Virus record (IMG/VR): IMGVR_UViG_3300008448_000038
Span: 1-64,000 of that record
Strand: one strand, 5' to 3'
Length of the DNA: 64,000 nt
DNA from: a virus
Shown: positions 57,776-64,000 of the stretch, one piece after another
Layout of the letters: each line of letters starts with the position of its first letter
How positions within the stretch are numbered: position 1 is the stretch's first letter
Notes under the pieces: generated by a model
Seen by the model: only the letters and a program-made list of their open reading frames with translations
What the model was told of the DNA's origin: nothing
Database searches by the model: none
Made by a program: the position numbers and the translations under genes

Positions 57776-58452
57776 AATATTTGACATATTTAAATAGTGG
57801 ATGCAAGTCTATTTGCGATAATATGTTGTACAGCGCAAACTCTGTTGGTATATCTAAAGATCAATTTTTAATTGTTGCCTTCGACAGAGCAATATTTGAT
57901 TATTATAGCCAACAAGGATACGAGGTAGAATTATTCGAAGATGTACCCGAAGAAACCTACCACAATTGGACATGGGATCCTAATTCAAAGTTTAGAGCTT
58001 TAGTAAAACATAAATGGACATTGCTTAAAAAATATTTTAGTACAAATAAATCATTGATGTGGTTGGATTCGGATGTTGTTTTTTTAAAAAATCCAGAAGA
58101 AATTCTTAAAACTATTACATTACCTACATTTCAGATAGATTATCCAGCCGCATGTATTTGCACTGGATTGATGTTTTTTCCTGATTCTCCGATTTCTGAT
58201 GAAATGCTCGATATTCTAGGAGCACAGAATATCGAAGATGATCAATTGGTATGTAATAATCTAGTAAACTCAAATGGCAATATAAAATCAAATATTAAAT
58301 TTTTTGATTTGAATTTATTTCCAAATGGTGGATATTTTTACGATGCAAAAGGCACTACAATTGAGAAGGCAGTAATGTTGCATTGCAATTATATTGTTGG
58401 TCTAGAAAACAAGATCAATCGCCTTAAACAGTGCGGAGCTTGGTTTGTATGA
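57772..58452 (+). CDS. Nucleotide-diphospho-sugar transferase (GT77-like)
   Basis: VAFD, WLDSDVVFLKNP, CTGLMF, DDQ...N, FPNG, HCNY..G...KI.RLK..G.W. Confidence 0.8.
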   Translation: MKYLTYLNSGCKSICDNMLYSANSVGISKDQFLIVAFDRAIFDYYSQQGYEVELFEDVPEETYHNWTWDPNSKFRALVKHKWTLLKKYFSTNKSLMWLDSDVVFLKNPEEILKTITLPTFQIDYPAACICTGLMFFPDSPISDEMLDILGAQNIEDDQLVCNNLVNSNGNIKSNIKFFDLNLFPNGGYFYDAKGTTIEKAVMLHCNYIVGLENKINRLKQCGAWFV

Positions 58453-59297
58453 TATTTACAAATGATAATTTAAGACCAAATCCAACTTACCCAACCTACC
58501 CACCTTACCATACTGGTGATTATATTGAAGATTATTTCTATAAGTGGGTATTTAATAAATCAGATGAATTGCGTAGAGATTATATCGCTATAAGTTGGAC
58601 AACTTTGTATTGCGAAAATAAAGATCAGGGAATTCAAGCGTTTTTAAATAATCTGGATAATAATAGAAGATATTTTACTATTTGTCAGCATGATGATGCT
58701 CCAAGACATAGATTGCCAGATGATACTTTAATTTTTTCTCTTTCTAGGTCTCGGATTGATAACCCATATATTAAAAATCCAATTCCTATACCAGCTGTTT
58801 GTTCAGCTTTGCCCAAACAGCCTGTTTTGGAAAAAGATATTTTTGCTTCCTTTGTTGGATCAATAACTCATCCAATTAGATATAGTTTATATGAGATATG
58901 CAAGTCTCAAAAAGATTTCTATTTTTCAGGACAAGCATGGTCCCCTTCAATAAGTAAAAATAAAATGGATGAATTTTTGAATATTTCTAATAGAAGTAAA
59001 TTTACTCTTTGTCCAAGAGGATATGGAAATACTAGTTTTAGATTATATGAATGTATGCAACTTAATTCAATTCCGGTTTATATTAGTGATGATTTTTATT
59101 TACCTTGGTCAGACGAATTAGATTGGAATGAATTTTGCGTTATTGTAAAACACGCAGAACTCAATAATTTGCCTTCTATATTAAAAAATATTTCTGATGA
59201 ACAATATAATTCAATGCTTAATAAAATTAAAGTCATTTACAATAATTATTTCTCATTGGATGGTGTTTGTAAAAATATTAAAGATCGCATAATATGA
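58449..59297 (+). CDS. Exostosin-like (GT47) glycosyltransferase
   Basis: SFVGS..HPIR, SKFTLCPRGYG..SFRLYE......IPVYISD...LPW...LDW; start at ATG 58449. Confidence 0.85.
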   Translation: MIFTNDNLRPNPTYPTYPPYHTGDYIEDYFYKWVFNKSDELRRDYIAISWTTLYCENKDQGIQAFLNNLDNNRRYFTICQHDDAPRHRLPDDTLIFSLSRSRIDNPYIKNPIPIPAVCSALPKQPVLEKDIFASFVGSITHPIRYSLYEICKSQKDFYFSGQAWSPSISKNKMDEFLNISNRSKFTLCPRGYGNTSFRLYECMQLNSIPVYISDDFYLPWSDELDWNEFCVIVKHAELNNLPSILKNISDEQYNSMLNKIKVIYNNYFSLDGVCKNIKDRII

Positions 59298-59998
59298 AAT
59301 TAAGACTAATAAATTATCTGTGGCTATCTGGCAATGAAATCAGAGATAAAGAAGTTTTAGATTCTATAAATTTTAATATTGAGTCAAATTTATTTGATGA
59401 AATATTGATATTTACTGAACAGACTTCAAAATTAGATATTAAAATACAACGTAATGTCACTTTAACCAATATAACTTTAAGACCTACATTTCAATATTTG
59501 TTTGATTATGTAAATGCATTTCCACAAAATAACTATGTAAATATTTTGTCTAATAGTGACATTTTATTTAATGAGTCTATATTGTTAGCTAAGAATATGG
59601 ATTCTAATGATTTTTATTGTATAACTAGGCACGAATTAGACGGAAATTTATTCAGTGATTCTAGGATTGACGATTCCAAATTCAAAGCATCACAAGATGT
59701 ATGGATTTGGAAGGGTGATTGTAAATTGTATGATTGTGATTTTTATCTGGGATTCCCCGGATGCGATAATGCTTTAGCATGTAAAGCAAAGCATATAGGA
59801 TATAAAGTCAAAAATCCATGCTTAAGCATCAAAGTTACACATAATCATAAAAGTGATATTAGATCGGGAGATTCAAATTTAAGTAATTATAAAAATCATT
59901 TGAATATTATATTCTTAATTTCTCCCACCCATTTAGATGAACCTACATACTGTGCTTATTATAATGAACCATCTAAGGAATATTATATTTTGGATTAA
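59294..59998 (+). CDS. Putative glycosyltransferase-associated GT-A-like protein
   Basis: RPTF, ILSNSDILF, SQDVWIW, LG.PGCDN, NPC..I...H.H; lies in the GT cluster. Confidence 0.55.
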   Translation: MKLRLINYLWLSGNEIRDKEVLDSINFNIESNLFDEILIFTEQTSKLDIKIQRNVTLTNITLRPTFQYLFDYVNAFPQNNYVNILSNSDILFNESILLAKNMDSNDFYCITRHELDGNLFSDSRIDDSKFKASQDVWIWKGDCKLYDCDFYLGFPGCDNALACKAKHIGYKVKNPCLSIKVTHNHKSDIRSGDSNLSNYKNHLNIIFLISPTHLDEPTYCAYYNEPSKEYYILD

Positions 59999-60000
59999 TT

Positions 60001-60726
60001 ATGAAAAAAATATTATTTGTTATTGCTAACTATAAAGATTCTAGACAAGCATTTTTTGAAAATTTCTTTTCGCCCCTCAATAAAAAATTTGCTGATATCC
60101 ATGGATATGAATATATCGTATCTAAAGGTGGAGACTTATTTCGAAATAATCCAACTTGGTGGAAGTTTACACTAGTAAGAGATATGATTAATGATGGTAC
60201 TCTATCTGTAGGAGATGAATTGTTACATCTAGATGCAGATATGAGAATTGATAAGTTCGATAAGGATTATCCCTGCGATAAATCGTTCTCAGTGTGTATT
60301 GATAATGGTAATTCATTTTGTATGGGGTCGTATAAAATGAAAATTAATGATTGGTCTATAAATTTAGTAAATAATATTTTAGACGAGTCTTTGTGGCAAA
60401 AGTGCAGATATGAACCACATTGGCAAGCTTTTAGAGAACAAGCCGCCTTTTATACTCTTTGTGGTATAATTCCGCACAGCTGGATACCGTTTTTAGATCT
60501 GCCTAATTATGGCTGGCATCAGAATAAAACAGATAATACCAAGTATTCTATAGAGGAATTGCACGCGAACGTACAAGTATTAGGGCCAGAATGGAATACT
60601 ACTCTTTTAGAAGAAGAAGCTGAAATAACAGATCCAGCTCTTATGCAATACAATATTACTAAATCTAAGAAAGCAGATACTATAATAAGACATTTTGCTG
60701 GTGGACAGCAGTGGAGAAATGTATGA
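60001..60726 (+). CDS. GT34 (GMA12/MNN10)-like glycosyltransferase
   Basis: FA..HGYEY, P.W.K, LHLDAD, EQAAF, WN, IRHFAG. Confidence 0.7.
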   Translation: MKKILFVIANYKDSRQAFFENFFSPLNKKFADIHGYEYIVSKGGDLFRNNPTWWKFTLVRDMINDGTLSVGDELLHLDADMRIDKFDKDYPCDKSFSVCIDNGNSFCMGSYKMKINDWSINLVNNILDESLWQKCRYEPHWQAFREQAAFYTLCGIIPHSWIPFLDLPNYGWHQNKTDNTKYSIEELHANVQVLGPEWNTTLLEEEAEITDPALMQYNITKSKKADTIIRHFAGGQQWRNV

Positions 60727-61712
60727 AAATTCTTTATATTACAACTGATGAAAATAAAAATCTACATCAAGTGGATCGCGCTCAAGGGGATTATATGGAA
60801 AATTTAATCCTTCTTGGACTGCGTAAATTACTTAAAGAAAACTGTGTAGAATACCCAAGAAAGAAAATATTATACCATGATTTTACCTCAGTTCCAAAAA
60901 GTTCATTGCATGGTCGTGGATTCTCGCTATACCACGAACCAATGGAAGAAATACCCGACCACTGTAGAGATTTAACAAATCAAACTTTTGATGTTATTTT
61001 GTATGGAACTGCATTTGCATGGGGAATGCAAGATATTCCAGAATTGGAAAAAAAATGTAAATTAAAATTTTATATTGATGGCCACGATTTATATGGCCAT
61101 GCAACAGCAGGAAATTATATCAAATATAATAATGAGGTTTTGATTGGCAATCAAGCTAAACCTTCATTTAAAGAACAATTAATATTAGAAGAGCCGCATG
61201 TTTATCCCACTGGAGTCGGTTTACCAGAAAGTAGAATAATGCCTATTGATTTAAGCAAAAAGTGTCAATTATATCAAAAAGCATATCCGCGAATGGCTAA
61301 TTTTGAAATTCCAAACGAATTTAATAGAGCGCATCATATTTTTACTGACGAAGAAGCTTACTATGAAGATATGGCAAAATCTTGGTTTGGTTTATCATGT
61401 AGACGCGGAGGGTGGGACGCAATGAGAAATTATGAAATTATAGCAGCTGGATCAGTTTTGTTGTTTAGAGATCATTATTTAAAACCAAGATATTGTTCTC
61501 CCGGAGATTGTCCAGCTATTTCGTACTCTACAAAAGAAGAGTTAAATCAAATTATGTCAACTTTGGTAGTTAATAATAAACCCACTGATGCTTATATAAA
61601 TAAGTTGAACGAACAACGAGTGTGGTTAGTAAACAACGCTACATGCGTTGCTAGAGCTAAATTTGTCTTAAGTGTATTGGAGAAATATATTAATGGCGAA
61701 ATTAAATATTAA
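60723..61712 (+). CDS. GT-B fold (Glyco_trans_1_2-like) glycosyltransferase
   Basis: YIDGHD, YY.DM..S.FGL...RGGWD.MR.YEI.AAG; start at ATG 60723. Confidence 0.65.
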   Translation: MKILYITTDENKNLHQVDRAQGDYMENLILLGLRKLLKENCVEYPRKKILYHDFTSVPKSSLHGRGFSLYHEPMEEIPDHCRDLTNQTFDVILYGTAFAWGMQDIPELEKKCKLKFYIDGHDLYGHATAGNYIKYNNEVLIGNQAKPSFKEQLILEEPHVYPTGVGLPESRIMPIDLSKKCQLYQKAYPRMANFEIPNEFNRAHHIFTDEEAYYEDMAKSWFGLSCRRGGWDAMRNYEIIAAGSVLLFRDHYLKPRYCSPGDCPAISYSTKEELNQIMSTLVVNNKPTDAYINKLNEQRVWLVNNATCVARAKFVLSVLEKYINGEIKY

Positions 61713-62442
61713 TGAATTCACAATTTGCTTACATTGTGGATGCAATAGAGAATTGGTTGACAATCAAATCAAAGATCTAAAGCCCCTTGAATCTACTTAT
61801 AAAGTACATTGGAATAACCGAATAGATCGGTATCCAAAAATGTATCCCACATATTCACAATTAATAAATCATTCTGTTGTTACTTCTCCCACTGAATGGG
61901 TCATTTTAATAAATGACAGATGCTCCCCAAAACCACAAGAAATAGAAAAAATGATTCATCTTTTGGAAAATGGATTTGGATGTGTTTTGTTTTATGGTGT
62001 TGGTTTTATGGGATTTTCAAAAGAATTAATAAGACAAATTGGTTGGTGGGATGAAAGATTTATTCAGGGATGGGAAGATAGAGATTGGGTTTGGAGACTG
62101 CAAATAAACGATATAGCTCTTTATGAAAGTTGCGAAGCTGAATATGATTATAGCTGGAGATCACCCTTAAATCATCCAGCAGGACAATGCAGAGAAGAAC
62201 ATTTAAAATTAAAATATTATTTTGATTCAAATATAGTTTATGTAAATTTACCAGAAGAAAAATATCAACATTGGGATCTATTTATTGGAGATTCAAAAGA
62301 AGAAATAAAAAATTCATGGATGGCTTGGAATAAATCTATATTAAATTTAGGATATGATAAACCAAATGGTGGATTTGCAGGATCGCAATATTTTAAAAAC
62401 AGAAAGATAATAAAAAACTATGAAAATGATAAAAATAACTGA
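61693..62442 (+). CDS. GT2-like glycosyltransferase
   Basis: ILINDR, IGWWDERF..GWED.DW..R; start at ATG 61693. Confidence 0.7.
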   Translation: MAKLNINEFTICLHCGCNRELVDNQIKDLKPLESTYKVHWNNRIDRYPKMYPTYSQLINHSVVTSPTEWVILINDRCSPKPQEIEKMIHLLENGFGCVLFYGVGFMGFSKELIRQIGWWDERFIQGWEDRDWVWRLQINDIALYESCEAEYDYSWRSPLNHPAGQCREEHLKLKYYFDSNIVYVNLPEEKYQHWDLFIGDSKEEIKNSWMAWNKSILNLGYDKPNGGFAGSQYFKNRKIIKNYENDKNN

Positions 62443-63043
62443 TAATTTGACTATGGTAGATGAATCGCATTTAGGTGGATTTTTAATAGAAAGTGATCCA
62501 GCTACTTTTACACCAAATTTATGGAAACATTTGTGTGAAACATATAAAATTGAAAAGGTAATTGATGTTGGTTGTGGAATGGGATATGCTATAAAAGAAT
62601 TTTTAAAATATTCTAAAAAAGTAGTTGGAATAGATGGATCAGAATATGTTAAAAATAATAGTTCTTTTTCAGATAATATTGTACTCCATGATTTTACAAA
62701 AGGAAAATATTCATTAGATGAAATCTATGATCTCTGCTGGTCTTCAGAATTTTTAGAGCATGTAGAAGAAAAATATATGGACAATTATTTTTCTGTTTTT
62801 ATGAAAGCAAAATATTGTGCTGTTACTTACGCAAATAAAGGACAATCTGGCCACCACCATGTAAATTGCCAAGATGAAAAATATTGGATTGAAAAATTTA
62901 AACAATATGGATTTAAATTTTTAAAAGATGATACAGAAATATTAAAAAATAAGGCATACGAAGACGCATTATCTTACAATCCACTATATAATGATAATCA
63001 TTTTTATAACAGAGGTTTGTTTTTTGAAAACATTAAACTATGA
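62420..63043 (+). CDS. Class I SAM-dependent methyltransferase
   Basis: VIDVGCGMG, GIDGS, HDF, EFLEHV, Q.GHHHVN. Confidence 0.85.
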   Translation: MKMIKITDNLTMVDESHLGGFLIESDPATFTPNLWKHLCETYKIEKVIDVGCGMGYAIKEFLKYSKKVVGIDGSEYVKNNSSFSDNIVLHDFTKGKYSLDEIYDLCWSSEFLEHVEEKYMDNYFSVFMKAKYCAVTYANKGQSGHHHVNCQDEKYWIEKFKQYGFKFLKDDTEILKNKAYEDALSYNPLYNDNHFYNRGLFFENIKL

Positions 63044-64000
63044 ATAATACCAAAAATATTTTAATAACTGGTGGTCTCGGTTTCATCGGTGCACATTCAA
63101 TTGAAAAATGGAAAAATGAAGGTTGGGAAATAACCGTTATTGATAATCTTTCCTCTAATGCAATTGAAACAAACCACCCATTAACAGAAAACGTTAAACT
63201 AATAATCCAAGATATTACAAAGGCTGATTGGAAAACTCTTCCAAAATTTGATCTCATTCTACACTTGGCATCCCCCGTAGGACCACTGGGTGTACTAAAG
63301 CATAGTGGAACAATGGCCCGAATAATTTTAGATGACATATATTCAGTTATACAGGGAGCAAATTATAATAAATGTCCTTTACTTTTTGTCTCTACTTCTG
63401 AAATATATGGCTATAGAGATCATAAAAGCTACCTCCAAGAAAAAGATGACAAAGTACTTCGTGGAGACTTTACTGTTAGAAATGAATATGCTATGGCAAA
63501 ATTGTTGTCAGAGATTGTTCTCTCTAATCATGCCAAGATCAATAGTTCTTTTAAATATCAAATTATTAGACCATTCAATGTAACAGGAAAATATCAGTTA
63601 CCAGATGGTGGATTTGTGCTTCCTAGATTTGTGGATCAAGCACTAAAGAATCAAGATATTACTGTGTATTATTCAGGTCAACAGTTGCGCGCTTTTACAT
63701 GGGTTAAAGATATTGTTAATGGCATTTATTTGACATCAATAGCACCCGAAAGCAAATGGAATCAGGAATGGAATATTGGAAATGAACTCAACGAACAAAC
63801 TATTCTTTATCTTGCAGAAAGAGTAAAAGAATTCACAAACAGCAATTCAAAAATTGTACATGTTGATCCAAAAGATCTTCATGGTGCTTTGTTTGCTGAA
63901 GCTCCTGAAAAAATCCCAAATAGTGAAAAAATTAAATCTGAACTCGGGTGGAAGCCAACTAAATACGTTGATGACGTAATACATGAAGTTGTGAATTTTT
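63040..64000 (+). CDS. NAD-dependent NDP-sugar epimerase/dehydratase (UDP-GlcA decarboxylase-like), partial; not in the ORF track
   Basis: Manual translation MNNTKNILITGGLGFIGAH..IDNLSS, HLASPVGP, STSEIYG, YAMAK (YxxxK), RPFNV.G, G.QLRAFTWV.D. Confidence 0.88.
   Translation, partial: MNNTKNILITGGLGFIGAHSIEKWKNEGWEITVIDNLSSNAIETNHPLTENVKLIIQDITKADWKTLPKFDLILHLASPVGPLGVLKHSGTMARIILDDIYSVIQGANYNKCPLLFVSTSEIYGYRDHKSYLQEKDDKVLRGDFTVRNEYAMAKLLSEIVLSNHAKINSSFKYQIIRPFNVTGKYQLPDGGFVLPRFVDQALKNQDITVYYSGQQLRAFTWVKDIVNGIYLTSIAPESKWNQEWNIGNELNEQTILYLAERVKEFTNSNSKIVHVDPKDLHGALFAEAPEKIPNSEKIKSELGWKPTKYVDDVIHEVVNF

Noticed and set aside
433-63583. Many short overlapping or antisense ORFs in the track (e.g. 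619-975, 2442-2957, 13056-13337, 45992-46336, 46767-47144, 63033-63338, 63332-63583)
   Set aside because: They are shadow frames of well-supported genes, with no motifs or credible starts
1-64000. CRISPR array, diversity-generating retroelement, integrase or transposase
   Set aside because: No regularly spaced nucleotide repeats, reverse transcriptase or recombinase motifs seen
1-64000. Stop-codon reassignment
   Set aside because: Core genes are full length in the standard code, and TAA, TAG and TGA all act as stops
56823-64000. Absence of DNA polymerase gp43 after regA
   Set aside because: The window ends inside the GT cluster, so absence cannot be claimed

Overview
This window is the core of a large, AT-rich T4-like (myovirus) phage genome. 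It uses the standard genetic code and is almost fully coding. In order it contains: (1) a minus-strand accessory block (tRNA-Arg(TCT), a tRNA-like RNA, a denV-like glycosylase, GMP reductase, a 1725-aa Cys-rich RCC1-repeat protein, a WYL_2-like protein, probable virion proteins); (2) gp33 and gp32; (3) a minus-strand gp4 / tube-like gp54 / gp26-gp51 / short tape-measure-position block; (4) baseplate genes (gp48, gp53, split gp27-like hub, gp25, gp6, gp7-like, DUF4815-like); (5) neck, terminase, tail and head genes (gp13, 14, 16, a 1351-aa gp15 fusion, 17, three gp18 sheath paralogs, two gp19 tubes, 20, 21, 22, 23, 3); (6) uvsY, uvsW, gp55, 47, 46, 45, 44, 62, regA; (7) a cluster of about 7 glycosyltransferase-like genes, a methyltransferase and an NDP-sugar epimerase/decarboxylase. 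The two best candidates for undescribed biology are: (a) a phage-encoded virion O-glycosylation system, suggested by dense G-x-T motifs in the inserted parts of virion proteins together with the GT cluster; (b) an unusual tail with three sheaths, two tubes, a very short tape-measure candidate and no recognisable gp5 spike here. Also notable are a gp26/gp51 -1 frameshift, TANATA late promoters that appear to give leaderless mRNAs, an antisense promoter facing a palindrome cluster, and apparent CCWGG avoidance. All family calls come from motif recognition and synteny by eye; no database search was run.
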